A stretch of DNA of 64,000 nucleotides from a candidate division TM6 bacterium GW2011_GWF2_28_16 (GTDB taxonomy: Bacteria > Patescibacteriota > Microgenomatia > UBA1400 > PJMF01), in NCBI GenBank assembly GCA_001029715.1, contig CP011212.1:131407-195406 (forward strand), read 5' to 3'. Position numbers and translations under genes: made by a program. Below the pieces are notes generated by a model. The model did not search any database. It was not told the origin of the DNA and saw nothing but the letters and a program-made list of their open reading frames with translations. Of this stretch, positions 38,666-51,031 are shown one piece after another (positions within the stretch are counted from its first letter, which is position 1; each line of letters begins with the position of its first letter).

Positions 38666-40564
38666 ATGAACAACAAAAAAACTGAACCAAAAGCTCCTCA
38701 AGAAGCTCCAAAAAAGCAAGATCCAATTAAGCGCATTGAATTAAAAATTAATTTAAATAAATTTTTTAGTAAAACCTTAATTTATATAATCATTTTATTC
38801 TTATTTGTTCCATCGCTACTGGGAGCTCTTGGAGCAGGTGGTAAGCGCGAACAAATTACCATTAGTCAAATGGTGACAGATATTCGTAGCGAAAAAGTCA
38901 ACAAAATGGAGGTTTATGGCCAAGAGTTGCGTTTAACTTATAAAGATGACTCCAAAAAAGTTGCTAAAAAAGAAGAAGGACAGCAAGCTTTGCAAGTTCT
39001 TGAAGCATCGGGAATTGATTTAGCTACTGTAGACACAGAAATTCATGATGCCACAGCACTACAGATGCTTTGGGAACTAATAATTAACTTTTTACCAATT
39101 ATTTTGATGTTTGTTTTTTTGCTAGTGGTTTTTAGACAGGCTAAAGGCGGCGGTGACGCCATGTTTGGCATGGGCAAAAGCAAAGCAAAAGTTTATGTCA
39201 AAGGCAAGCAAAATATTTCTTTTAAAGATGTTGGTGGCATGAATGAAGCCAAGAAAGAATTGGAGGAAATTGTTGATTTTCTCAGACATCCAAAAAAATA
39301 TACCAAAGTTGGCGCCCGCACTCCAAAAGGTGTTCTTTTAGTTGGTCCAGCTGGCACAGGTAAAACTTTATTGGCTAGAGCCGTTGCCGGTGAGGCAGGT
39401 GTGCAATTCCTTTCGATAGCTGGTAGTGAATTTATGGAAATGTTAGTTGGTGTGGGTGCTTCCAGAGTGAGAGATTTATTTGATACCGCTAAAAAACTTG
39501 CTCCATCAATTATTTTTATTGATGAAATTGATGCGATTGGTCGTATGAGAGGACGCAATAGCATGTCTTCTAATGATGAGCGTGAGCAAACTCTCAATCA
39601 AATTTTGGTAGAGATGGATGGTTTTACTCAGAATGACAATGTGATTGTTATGGCCGCCACTAATCGTGGCGACATGCTTGATCCAGCTTTGGTGAGACCA
39701 GGTCGCTTTGATCGTCGTGTTCAAGTTAATTTGCCAGATTTGGAAGAACGCAAATTTATTTTAGGTATTCACGCTAAAAATAAAAATTTTACCAAAGGTC
39801 TTGATTGGGCTAAGGTTGCGAAACGTACAGTTGGTTTTTCTGGAGCAGATTTGGAAAATATGCTTAATGAATCAGCGATTGCTATTGCCAGAGAAAGTCG
39901 CGAAGAAATCACTTTGGAAGATATTGAAGAAGCTTCACTTAAGGTTAAATATGGTCCAAGCAAGAAGCGTCTCCAAGATGATAAAGAGAAAAAAATGACG
40001 GCTTATCACGAAGCAGGACATGCAGTTTTATCTCATGTTTTACCTTATGCTGATCCAGTTCACCGTATTTCTATTGTTTCTAGAGGTCAGGCTTTAGGCT
40101 ACACTTTTACTCCTCCAGAAAAAGATAAATTACAGGTGCTCAAATCTGAATTAGTAGATGACATGACTGTCATGCTTGGTGGCAGAGCTGCTGAGATGTT
40201 GATTTTTGATGAACAAACCGCTGGAGCTAGTAGTGATATTGATCGAGCCACCAGAATTGCTCGTAGTATGGTTGTTCGTTTTGGTATGAGTAAATTGGGC
40301 CCAATGAATTTTGGTTCACAATATGAAAACGAAGATTATAACCGAGCTTGGGGTGAAGCAGACAAGCCATCAACTAAAATTCAAGAAAGAGTTGACGAAG
40401 AGATGATGAATTATATTAATGAAGCAGAAAAGAGAGCCATGGACTTGCTGAAGAAATATAGAAAAAATCTCGATGTTATTGCTGAAAATTTACTCGAAAA
40501 AGAAACTTTAGATTCAGATGAATTTGCTAAGCTAATGGACATGCCAAAAGCCAAAGCTATATAA
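38666..40564 (+). CDS. ftsH: ATP-dependent zinc metalloprotease FtsH
   Basis: Two TMs, GPAGTGKT, FIDEID, RPGRFDR, HEAGH. Confidence 0.98.
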   Translation: MNNKKTEPKAPQEAPKKQDPIKRIELKINLNKFFSKTLIYIIILFLFVPSLLGALGAGGKREQITISQMVTDIRSEKVNKMEVYGQELRLTYKDDSKKVAKKEEGQQALQVLEASGIDLATVDTEIHDATALQMLWELIINFLPIILMFVFLLVVFRQAKGGGDAMFGMGKSKAKVYVKGKQNISFKDVGGMNEAKKELEEIVDFLRHPKKYTKVGARTPKGVLLVGPAGTGKTLLARAVAGEAGVQFLSIAGSEFMEMLVGVGASRVRDLFDTAKKLAPSIIFIDEIDAIGRMRGRNSMSSNDEREQTLNQILVEMDGFTQNDNVIVMAATNRGDMLDPALVRPGRFDRRVQVNLPDLEERKFILGIHAKNKNFTKGLDWAKVAKRTVGFSGADLENMLNESAIAIARESREEITLEDIEEASLKVKYGPSKKRLQDDKEKKMTAYHEAGHAVLSHVLPYADPVHRISIVSRGQALGYTFTPPEKDKLQVLKSELVDDMTVMLGGRAAEMLIFDEQTAGASSDIDRATRIARSMVVRFGMSKLGPMNFGSQYENEDYNRAWGEADKPSTKIQERVDEEMMNYINEAEKRAMDLLKKYRKNLDVIAENLLEKETLDSDEFAKLMDMPKAKAI

Positions 40565-40578
40565 TAAAAGCACTTTCT

Positions 40579-41004
40579 ATGAGAAATATACTTGCCCAAT
40601 TATTTCGTCAGCGCACCCTGCGTAAAATTATTGTTTCTTTATTTTTTATCTCTTTTTCTTTGGCAATTTTAGTAGTGCCTTTAGAGTCTGGTAAACCTAA
40701 TGCCAGGATTCATAATCTTGAAGATTCTATTTGGTGGACAGTCTCCACAATTACTACAGTTGGTTATGGTGACATAGTTCCCGTTACCACCGAAGGCAGA
40801 GCGCTGGGAATTGTTTTGCAAATAATTGGGGTTATCATGTCGAGTAGTATTATTGGTAGTTTAGTTGTGCAATTAAATCGTAAAAAAGATAGTTACGAAT
40901 GGGAAAAAATTTCCAAAAAATTAGACTTAATTAGTGAAGACATTGATGAGACGAAGAAAAAAACTGACTTCATTATTTTGCAAACTGGAGAGAAAAAAAA
41001 GTAA
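40579..41004 (+). CDS. Two-TM potassium channel (KcsA-like)
   Basis: WWTVSTITTVGYGD selectivity filter. Confidence 0.92.
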   Translation: MRNILAQLFRQRTLRKIIVSLFFISFSLAILVVPLESGKPNARIHNLEDSIWWTVSTITTVGYGDIVPVTTEGRALGIVLQIIGVIMSSSIIGSLVVQLNRKKDSYEWEKISKKLDLISEDIDETKKKTDFIILQTGEKKK

Positions 41005-41007
41005 GCT

Positions 41008-41940
41008 ATGTCTCGTAAAAAATTTCTGTTAGTCGATGCCCATGCTTTAATTTATCGTGCCTATTATGCTATGCCCAACCTAACTGACTCCGACGGTCAC
41101 CTGGTGAATGCTGTTTTTGGTTTTAGTAAAATGTTGCTCAATGCGATTACTTATTTTGATCCAGAATATGCAGCAGTTTGTTTCGACCATCCCAAGCCAA
41201 CTTTTCGTCACAAAAAGTTTGATGGCTATAAAGCTCAGCGAGCTAAAATGCCAGATGATTTAATTCCACAAATTCAAATTGTCAAAGACGTCGTTACTGC
41301 ACTTGGAATTCCCAAATTTGAAATTGAGGGTTTTGAAGCTGATGATTTAATTGGTACCGTTAATTGCAAAGTTGAAGATCTGGATCGCCAATTGCTGACA
41401 GTGATTGTCACTGGAGATCAAGATTCTTTTCAATTGGTAGATGATGATACGCATATTTGGATGCCGGCGCGCGGCAAACAGCAAAGAGGCGACATTGAAT
41501 ACGATGCAGCTTTGGTTGAAAAGAAGCTAGGCATTAAGCCTCTTCAAGTCATCGATCTTAAAGCTTTAATGGGTGATAATTCCGACAATATTCCTGGCAT
41601 CAAAGGGGTTGGACCAAAGACAGCGGTTGCCTTGGTTAAAAGATTCAACACGGTTGAAAAAATTTATGAGTTTTTGAAAGAACATCCAGAAGGTGATGAA
41701 ACAATAAAAGGTGCATTGTTACAAAAATTGCTGAATGGGGAAAAATCTGCATTAATGTCTAAAGATTTAGCAACTATTGAATGTGCCGCACCAATTGATT
41801 TTGATTTAGAAAACTGTCGGGTAACTGCTTATGATAAAAATAAAGTTATCGAAATTTTTCAGAACTTAGGTTTTAAATCTTTAATTAATACCCTGCCGAA
41901 AGATGCTTTTGAATCATCAGTTCAGGAGGCTTTATTTTAA
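41008..41940 (+). CDS. Stand-alone 5'-3' exonuclease / flap endonuclease (Pol I N-terminal domain)
   Basis: LVDAHALIYRAYYA, YKAQR, FEADDLIG, GDNSDNIPGIKGVGPKTA; no polymerase domain. Confidence 0.92.
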   Translation: MSRKKFLLVDAHALIYRAYYAMPNLTDSDGHLVNAVFGFSKMLLNAITYFDPEYAAVCFDHPKPTFRHKKFDGYKAQRAKMPDDLIPQIQIVKDVVTALGIPKFEIEGFEADDLIGTVNCKVEDLDRQLLTVIVTGDQDSFQLVDDDTHIWMPARGKQQRGDIEYDAALVEKKLGIKPLQVIDLKALMGDNSDNIPGIKGVGPKTAVALVKRFNTVEKIYEFLKEHPEGDETIKGALLQKLLNGEKSALMSKDLATIECAAPIDFDLENCRVTAYDKNKVIEIFQNLGFKSLINTLPKDAFESSVQEALF

Positions 41941-41941
41941 T

Positions 41942-43075
41942 ATGTCAAAAATTGCTTTAGTTCACGATTACTTACGCGAATACGGTGGAGCCGAAAGAGT
42001 TCTTGAAGCTTTGCATGAAATTTTTCCGCAAGCGCCAGTTTATACAGCTTTTGTTGACTCCAAAGCTATGGGCAAGAATTGGCACCGTTTTGCTAATTGG
42101 GACATTCGTCAAAGTAAAATCACTCAGTTGCCTTTTTATAAAAAACTTTTTTCGCCGATGCGCATTTTTGCAAAATGGGCTTTTGAGCAATTGGATTTAA
42201 GTGAATATGATCTCGTTATTAGTTCCTCCAATGCTTATTTTGCCAAGGCAGTTAAAGTACCCAACGGTAAGCATCTTTGTTATTGCCATACGCCACCTAG
42301 AGTTTTGTATGGTTATAGTGCTAAGAGCAATTGGAGGTCTAATCCTTTTACTCTTTTTGCTGGTAATTTACTTAATCATTTTGTTAGACAAATGGACTTT
42401 GTCGCTGCACAAAACCCTGATGTTTTTATTGCTAACTCTGAAGAAACAAAATTGCGAATTAAGAAGTTTTATAAAAGAGACAGTACCGTCATTAATCCAC
42501 CCATCAAAATTTATGATCAAGCAAAAACTTTTTTTGATAAACTGAATAAAAAAGATTTGGCAGATTTTACTCAACAAAAAAACAGCTCCTACTATTTATA
42601 TGTTAATCGTTTGGCTAAAGCCAAACATCCAGAATTAGCAGTGCAAGTAGCAAGTGAATTAAACTTGAAACTCAAAGTAGTTGGTGATGGTGCCATGCTA
42701 GAAGATTTGAAAGAAATGGCTGGCGAAACAATAGAGTTTCTCGGTGCAGTTGATGATAAAAAATTGATAGAACTTTATAAAAATGCCAGAGCTTTGCTCT
42801 ATCCAGTTGAGGATGAAGATTTCGGTATGGTGCCAGTTGAAGCTATGGCTTTCGGTACACCAGTAATTGCCCATCAATCAGGTGGTCCCAAAGAAACAAT
42901 TAAACAAGACAGAACGGGTTTGTTTTTCAAAAGTTTAACAGTCGAAAGTTTAGCTGAAGCCATTATCGATTTTGAGAAAAATTTTATTTGCAAACCACTA
43001 CAAATTCACCAAAGTAGCAAGATTTACTCCTTTACCACTTTTAAAGAAAAACTCCAGAAATTAATTCTTGCTTAG
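41942..43075 (+). CDS. Glycosyltransferase family 4
   Basis: MSKIALVHDYL..GGAERVL, YCHTPPR, EDFGMVPVEAMA; start ATG 41942. Confidence 0.92.
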   Translation: MSKIALVHDYLREYGGAERVLEALHEIFPQAPVYTAFVDSKAMGKNWHRFANWDIRQSKITQLPFYKKLFSPMRIFAKWAFEQLDLSEYDLVISSSNAYFAKAVKVPNGKHLCYCHTPPRVLYGYSAKSNWRSNPFTLFAGNLLNHFVRQMDFVAAQNPDVFIANSEETKLRIKKFYKRDSTVINPPIKIYDQAKTFFDKLNKKDLADFTQQKNSSYYLYVNRLAKAKHPELAVQVASELNLKLKVVGDGAMLEDLKEMAGETIEFLGAVDDKKLIELYKNARALLYPVEDEDFGMVPVEAMAFGTPVIAHQSGGPKETIKQDRTGLFFKSLTVESLAEAIIDFEKNFICKPLQIHQSSKIYSFTTFKEKLQKLILA

Positions 43076-44496
43076 TTTTTAATTAGTCTAACTTTAGCCA
43101 CCTCATTGGCAGGCATAAGGATTTCTACTCTTAAAGCGGCAGCATCAGTAGCAACCTCTTGGTTTTGTTTGGATCCGCTAAGGAATTCTTTATTTAAAGT
43201 GTAATTTCCTGGTTCAATATTGATAAAAGTAATGGGCACTGTTTCACTGTGTGAGCCCTTTGGATCGAAATTGGCGATGACCATTTCAGTTTCGTTGTTA
43301 TCATTTTTAGCAGCTAAAGCTTTGACCCAAGAGCCCAATCCAGTAATTTGTAGGCGTTGATCGGCGATGCTGTCTAGCATTTTTAAAGCTCGATAACGTG
43401 GTTTGCTATTAGCGCCAAAGTCATTATGAGTGAATAAGCCCCAGCGTCCCCAGTAATTTTTGCCTTCAGGATCTTTGCCATCTTGAATTTCAAAAGCAAA
43501 GGCTCGTTCGACACGATTGCTCATGGAAATAGCGGCAGCAACAGTGTGAGCTGCGCCATATTTTGAATCGTATCCAGCATTATTATTACTATCATGACCC
43601 CATTCGGTGATTTGGAATTCAAGAGTTGGCTCTAGTTTTGGATATTTTTGAACCCAAGTTTTTGCCAATTGCATGTCTTCGGCATATTGATTTAGATCAT
43701 TGGTATATCGATGCCAAGAAAAGAAGTCACAGCGCCAATCGTTTTCGCTGCAACCTTTAGCCCAAGCATTAAACCAGTTCTCATAGAGAGCTGTGATGGC
43801 TGGACCACCGAGCTTGAATGGTAAAGCCCCGCGAGCATTTTTTGCACCTGCACTGGCGTAGGCGTAAAGAGTTAGATAATTTTTATCGCCGTAATATTTA
43901 AAAGAGCCAAAAAGATCTGGTTCATTCCAAACTTCATAATAAACATCACGAATACCCTTAGTGCCACTAACGTGTTCAATGGTTTTTTGTACTACCAATT
44001 GCCAATCAGCCCAATTAACTGGATAAGCCAAAATATCTCCAGAAGAAATCGCTGGAGGCATATAAGTTAAGGCAAGATATGGCTTAGCACCAGTTTTATT
44101 GATGTCATCCAAAATCAAGTCAAACTTAGTCCAATCAAAACTAACATTGCCAGGACTGCCCTGAACAATGTCATAAAAATCATAAATATGATCTAAGCGA
44201 ATATATTCTGGTTTGAGAGCGGCAATTTGACCAACTAAATTATCAATGCGCCAGGCGTGATCTTCGCCACCCTGTGCAAGATTGCGCCAAGGCCGTGGCA
44301 TTGGTCCAAGAACAGCTTTAGTATCAACAGTTAAATTAGCTGGAACACCATTAGCTTGACCGAAGAACTGCCTGACAACTTTAATTTGCCAAGCTCCAGC
44401 CATGATTCCTCCAATTAAAATTAGCAAGCCAAGAAAAGAAAAGAAAATTTTTCTTTTTCTCTTTAGCCTTGGATTTATTGGGTAGTTTTGTTTCAC
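43072..44496 (-). CDS. Glycoside hydrolase family 39-like membrane-anchored protein
   Basis: N-terminal TM, YEVWNEPD acid/base motif, GGPA, FFSWH, ITEW nucleophile. Confidence 0.8.
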   Translation of the reverse strand: MKQNYPINPRLKRKRKIFFSFLGLLILIGGIMAGAWQIKVVRQFFGQANGVPANLTVDTKAVLGPMPRPWRNLAQGGEDHAWRIDNLVGQIAALKPEYIRLDHIYDFYDIVQGSPGNVSFDWTKFDLILDDINKTGAKPYLALTYMPPAISSGDILAYPVNWADWQLVVQKTIEHVSGTKGIRDVYYEVWNEPDLFGSFKYYGDKNYLTLYAYASAGAKNARGALPFKLGGPAITALYENWFNAWAKGCSENDWRCDFFSWHRYTNDLNQYAEDMQLAKTWVQKYPKLEPTLEFQITEWGHDSNNNAGYDSKYGAAHTVAAAISMSNRVERAFAFEIQDGKDPEGKNYWGRWGLFTHNDFGANSKPRYRALKMLDSIADQRLQITGLGSWVKALAAKNDNNETEMVIANFDPKGSHSETVPITFINIEPGNYTLNKEFLSGSKQNQEVATDAAALRVEILMPANEVAKVRLIKN

Positions 44497-44668
44497 TCCA
44501 ATACTAATGTTAGCAAAAAAGCAGGGGCTTGTCTTATTTGCTTTGTCTATTTATAATCAACACCAGAGTCGAGATTTAGTATCTTAAATAGATTTGTGGG
44601 GAAATAAAAATAAGAATTATATTTTTTTCTTATTTTTCCACAAATTTAAATATAAGAAAGAATATGAA

Positions 44669-45541
44669 ATGAGCAATCAAAGCTTACATGTTTCTATTTC
44701 TGCTGAACCAATCTTCCGTATTTTTGGATTAGAAATTAGCAACTCGATTTTTACCAGTTTGATAGTTAGTTTTCTATTAATTGTTTTTGCAATTTTTTTC
44801 AGATCTAAGTTTAAGAATACAGACAAACCAAGTTCCCTGCAAAATTTTGTCGAAATGATTGCAGAGGCTCTATATAATTTTGTTTATTCCATTACTGAGA
44901 ATACCAAGAAGACTCTTCTATTTTTCCCAGTTATCTCAACTTTTTTTATTTTCATTATTTTAAATAATTACATTGGACTATTGCCTGGAGTTGGATCGAT
45001 TTTGACTAAAGAGGCAGAGGCTCAGACTGAAATAACTCAAGTTGCTTCAGATCAAGAAATATTGGAAGCAGTAGCGGAAGAGGAAGAGATTGTTGAGTCA
45101 GCTGTTCATGGTGAACCCATCCATGCCAAAATGGTTCCAGTTTTTAGAGCTGCCACTGCAGATTTGAATACCACTTTAGCTTTAGCGATTGTTTCAGTGA
45201 TGTTGACTCAAATCTTTGGTATTTCTCATCTTGGTTTTTCTTACTTTAAAAAATTTATTGATTTTTCCAATCCGGTTAATTTTTTTGTAGGTATTTTAGA
45301 AACGGTGTTGGAGTTTGCCAAAATTGTTTCTTTTGCTTTTAGATTATTTGGTAATATTTTTGCAGGTGAAGTTCTACTAGTAGTAATGACTTATTTAATT
45401 TCCATTGCTGTGCCAGCTCCGTTCTATGCACTAGAACTTTTTGTTGGCTTTATTCAGGCTTTAGTTTTTTCAATGTTATCTTTGATTTTCTTCAATTTGG
45501 CTACCAAAGGCCATCATGAAGAAGACCATGTAGTAGCATGA
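44669..45541 (+). CDS. atpB: ATP synthase F0 subunit a
   Basis: QNFVEM, NYIGLLPG, ATADLNTT, FRLFGNIFAGE, FIQALVF; start ATG 44669. Confidence 0.96.
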   Translation: MSNQSLHVSISAEPIFRIFGLEISNSIFTSLIVSFLLIVFAIFFRSKFKNTDKPSSLQNFVEMIAEALYNFVYSITENTKKTLLFFPVISTFFIFIILNNYIGLLPGVGSILTKEAEAQTEITQVASDQEILEAVAEEEEIVESAVHGEPIHAKMVPVFRAATADLNTTLALAIVSVMLTQIFGISHLGFSYFKKFIDFSNPVNFFVGILETVLEFAKIVSFAFRLFGNIFAGEVLLVVMTYLISIAVPAPFYALELFVGFIQALVFSMLSLIFFNLATKGHHEEDHVVA

Positions 45542-45595
45542 AAGCAAATAATAGTAAAAAATATAAATTAATAAAAACAATAAAAAGGAGTTTTT

Positions 45596-45808
45596 ATGCA
45601 AGATTTAGCAATAGGTTTAACCATGGGACTGGGAGCACTTGGACCTGCCATTAGTATTGGAATGTTGGTTTCCAAAGCTTTGGAATCAATTGGTCGCAAT
45701 CCAGAGGCTAGTAATAAAATCCAGACAAGCATGATTCTTGGTATGGCTTTTGCTGAAGCAATCGCTATATATGCTTTAGTCGTAGCTTTGATTATTAAGT
45801 TTGTCTAA
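45596..45808 (+). CDS. atpE: ATP synthase F0 subunit c (H+-type motif)
   Basis: GRNPEA loop, FAEAIAIY. Confidence 0.97.
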   Translation: MQDLAIGLTMGLGALGPAISIGMLVSKALESIGRNPEASNKIQTSMILGMAFAEAIAIYALVVALIIKFV

Positions 45809-45819
45809 GGTTAAATAAC

Positions 45820-46305
45820 ATGGATATACAACTAAACCAAATTATTTTTCAAATGATTAATTTTGGCGTAGTACTTGGTGTCTTGACGTATTTCATCTAT
45901 AAACCAGTTCTTAAATTGCTCAATGATCGTCGCGAGCGAGTGGCCGCCGCCGCCGCTACTGCTGCAGAAATGATGCAAGAAAAAGAAAAATTAGAGAGTC
46001 GACACGAAAGTATTTTGCTCAAAGCTAGTCAGGAAGCCAAAAAAATAGAAGATGAAGCGAGAAAAGAATCTCGTGAACAAGCCAAACTTGCTTTGGAACA
46101 AAGCAAGCAAGAAATTGTTGCTCGCGAAGCTAAATTCTCAAGTGAGCTTGCCAAAATGAAGAAGCAAGAAATTGCTTCCATGCAAGATGAAATCAAAAAA
46201 GCAGCTCTTCTAATGGCAGAAAAAGTGCTCAACGAATCAATTGATGCAAAAAAGCATCAAAAATTGCTTGATGAGCAAATTACTAAGATTATCGAAAAAC
46301 TTTAA
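45820..46305 (+). CDS. atpF: ATP synthase F0 subunit b
   Basis: QMINF...YKPVLKLLNDRRERV, coiled coil, operon position. Confidence 0.93.
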   Translation: MDIQLNQIIFQMINFGVVLGVLTYFIYKPVLKLLNDRRERVAAAAATAAEMMQEKEKLESRHESILLKASQEAKKIEDEARKESREQAKLALEQSKQEIVAREAKFSSELAKMKKQEIASMQDEIKKAALLMAEKVLNESIDAKKHQKLLDEQITKIIEKL

Positions 46306-46311
46306 GTTATT

Positions 46312-46698
46312 ATGTTAAAGATTACTGTTGCCAGTGCAACTCCTTTGAATAGTACGCAAAAGAAAGAGCTTGAGCTATCTGTTGCCAAAAAATACGAAGG
46401 AGAAGAATTAGTTTTTAATTATCAAGTCAAAGCAGACCTTATTGCTGGTTTGAGTGTTAGCGTAGGACGGGTTGAAGATAAAAGGCTTAAAGTTGATATT
46501 CTAAGCGCCATCGCTTTAAACGCGACTCAACAGAAAAAAATCGAGCAAGCCATTGCCAAAAAATACGAAGGAGAAGAATTAGTTTTTAATTATCAAGTCA
46601 AAGCAGACCTTATTGCTGGTTTGAGTGTTAGCGTAGATAGCAAGCTCTATGATGCTAGCTTGCGCGCTCGCCTAGATCAGTTAATCAAACAAATGTAA
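46312..46698 (+). CDS. atpH: ATP synthase delta, two tandem C-terminal domains, no N-terminal helical domain
   Basis: SA..L...Q...Y.V..DLIAGL.V.V twice; ends DASLRARL; operon position. Confidence 0.85.
   Translation: MLKITVASATPLNSTQKKELELSVAKKYEGEELVFNYQVKADLIAGLSVSVGRVEDKRLKVDILSAIALNATQQKKIEQAIAKKYEGEELVFNYQVKADLIAGLSVSVDSKLYDASLRARLDQLIKQM
46382..46636 (+). repeat. Exact 84-bp direct repeat inside atpH
   Basis: 46382-46465 identical to 46553-46636 (offset 171 nt, in frame). Confidence 0.95.
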
Positions 46699-46701
46699 AT
46701 T

Positions 46702-48219
46702 ATGCCAAAATCAGATATTTTCGCCAACCTCTATTCAATTAAAGAAGCTGATCTCAAAGTCAGCCAGTCTTCCGTGGGTAAAGTAATTTCTTATGCTGAT
46801 GGCATTGTTTTTACTGACCAGCTTGAAGATGTGCAATCAGGTGAACTAGTAACTTTTGGTGAGAATGCTTATGGTTTGGCACTTAACTTAGAAAAAGAAA
46901 AGGTAGGTATCATTGTTTTGTCCGGTGGCGAGCAAATTAGGCCTGGAGATCTAGTCCATCGTACGGGTAAAATTTTATCCATCAACGTTTCCGAAGATAT
47001 CATTGGTAGAGTCATCGATGCGATGGGTAATGCTATCGATGGTAAGGCGGACATTGCTCGTGGCAAAGACATGTTTTTGGAAAAAATCGCTCCAGGCGTG
47101 ATCGCTCGTGAGGCAGTTAATCAGCCAATGCAGACAGGTATCAAAGCCGTTGATGCTTTGATTCCTATCGGTCGTGGTCAGCGCGAGCTGATCATTGGTG
47201 ATCGCAACACAGGCAAATCTTCCGTTGCACTAGGCAGCATTTTGAACCAAAAGGGTCAGGATATGATTTGTGTCTATGTTTCTATTGGTCAGAAGAAATC
47301 AACTTTAGCTCAATTCATCCAAGTTTTAGAGGATAAGGGTGCGATGGAGTATACGATTGTCGTTGCCGCTTCAGCTTCCGACGCAGCTTCTCTGCAGTTT
47401 TTAGCTCCTTATGCTGGCCAAGCAGTTGCAGAGTACTTTTTGGATAAAGGTAAGGATGTGCTCATTGTTTTCGATGACTTAAGTAAACATGCTCAAGCAT
47501 ATCGTGAAATTTCTCTATTACTCAAGCGCCCTTCAGGCCGTGAAGCTTATCCAGGTGATGTTTTTTACTTACACTCTCGTCTTTTAGAGCGATCTTGTAA
47601 ACTCAATCAAGAACATGGGGGTGGCTCCATCACTGCTCTCCCTATCATTGAAACCCAAGCCAATGACGTCTCAGCATATATTCCTACCAACGTTATTTCC
47701 ATCACTGATGGTCAGATTTATTTAGAAACTGATCTTTTTAATTCAGGTGTTAGACCTGCCATTAACGTCGGTCTTTCGGTTTCTCGTGTCGGTTCAGCCG
47801 CCCAGGTAAAAGCCATGAAACAAGTAGCTGGTAGTTTGAAACTTGATCTTGCTCAATTCAGAGAACTTGAAGCTTTTGCTCAATTCAGTTCAGATCTTGA
47901 TGCAACCACCAAGAAACAACTTGAAAGAGGCAAAAGAGTCAGTGAAATTCTCAAGCAAGCTTGGGATTTACAAATGTCAGTTGCCGATCAGGTTTTGATG
48001 ATTTATGCGGCAGTTAATGGTTTCTTGGACGAAATCGAAATTACTCAGCTGACTGAATGGGAGCAGAGTTATTTGAACTTCGCCAAGAGCAAACATGCCA
48101 AACTAGTTAGTACCTTATCGACTGGACCAAAAATTGAAAAACAAGAGGCAGAAGCTTTGCAAAAGCTGGTCAAAGATTTTGCAAAATCCTATCCTCATTT
48201 TTATAAGAAAGAGTCTTAA
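46702..48219 (+). CDS. atpA: ATP synthase F1 subunit alpha
   Basis: GRGQRELIIGDRNTGKS, REAYPGDVFYLHSRLLER. Confidence 0.98.
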   Translation: MPKSDIFANLYSIKEADLKVSQSSVGKVISYADGIVFTDQLEDVQSGELVTFGENAYGLALNLEKEKVGIIVLSGGEQIRPGDLVHRTGKILSINVSEDIIGRVIDAMGNAIDGKADIARGKDMFLEKIAPGVIAREAVNQPMQTGIKAVDALIPIGRGQRELIIGDRNTGKSSVALGSILNQKGQDMICVYVSIGQKKSTLAQFIQVLEDKGAMEYTIVVAASASDAASLQFLAPYAGQAVAEYFLDKGKDVLIVFDDLSKHAQAYREISLLLKRPSGREAYPGDVFYLHSRLLERSCKLNQEHGGGSITALPIIETQANDVSAYIPTNVISITDGQIYLETDLFNSGVRPAINVGLSVSRVGSAAQVKAMKQVAGSLKLDLAQFRELEAFAQFSSDLDATTKKQLERGKRVSEILKQAWDLQMSVADQVLMIYAAVNGFLDEIEITQLTEWEQSYLNFAKSKHAKLVSTLSTGPKIEKQEAEALQKLVKDFAKSYPHFYKKES

Positions 48220-48224
48220 GCTGT

Positions 48225-50545
<2,321 letters not shown>

Positions 50546-50551
50546 ACAGTT

Positions 50552-50968
50552 ATGAGTAACAAATTGAGACTTATCATCGTTTCTCAGGAAGAGCAACTGC
50601 TCGATCAGGAAGTCGATTCGGTTTCCCTACTGACTCAAAATGGCGTGATTACTATTCTCAAGGATCATCAACCCCTTATTAGTAAGCTGGAGTTTGGTGA
50701 ATTGGAATACCAAGTTGGTAATCAACGCCATAACATACTTTTGACTCAGGGTTTTGTTAACAAAAAACCAAACAACCAAGTTTTAGTCGTAGTAGACTCC
50801 GCTTTTAGTGCTCGAGAGTTGAATAATGAAAAGATCAAGGTAGCTGTAGCCAAAGCAAAAGAAGCCTTCAAGATCACAAAAGACAAGCGTGAGCTGTTGA
50901 TGATCGAAAGTTCTCTCAAACAACTTTTCTGGGAATTACAGTTGGCGAATAAGAAAAAGAAGAGCTAA
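50552..50968 (+). CDS. atpC: ATP synthase F1 subunit epsilon
   Basis: G.ITIL..HQPLIS.L..G, GF, last gene of atp operon. Confidence 0.92.
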   Translation: MSNKLRLIIVSQEEQLLDQEVDSVSLLTQNGVITILKDHQPLISKLEFGELEYQVGNQRHNILLTQGFVNKKPNNQVLVVVDSAFSARELNNEKIKVAVAKAKEAFKITKDKRELLMIESSLKQLFWELQLANKKKKS

Positions 50969-50995
50969 GTTAGTTTTTCAAACCTCATCTTCTAA

Positions 50996-51030
50996 TTGAC
51001 AGCTTAGCAAACTATCGATATGATTGCTAA
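50996..51030 (+). promoter_or_regulatory. hrcA promoter overlapped by a CIRCE-like operator
   Basis: TTGACA-N17-TATGAT, overlapped by TTAGCAAAC-N9-GATTGCTAA (51004-51030), ATG at 51032. Confidence 0.8.
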
Positions 51031-51031
51031 T

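Noticed and set aside
41008-41940. Truncated polA pseudogene
   Set aside because: Complete 5'-nuclease domain with a clean end and coupled downstream gene; stand-alone or split forms are well known
45596-45808. Na+-coupled ATP synthase
   Set aside because: c subunit has EAIAIY, lacking the ES/ET and Gln Na+-binding signature
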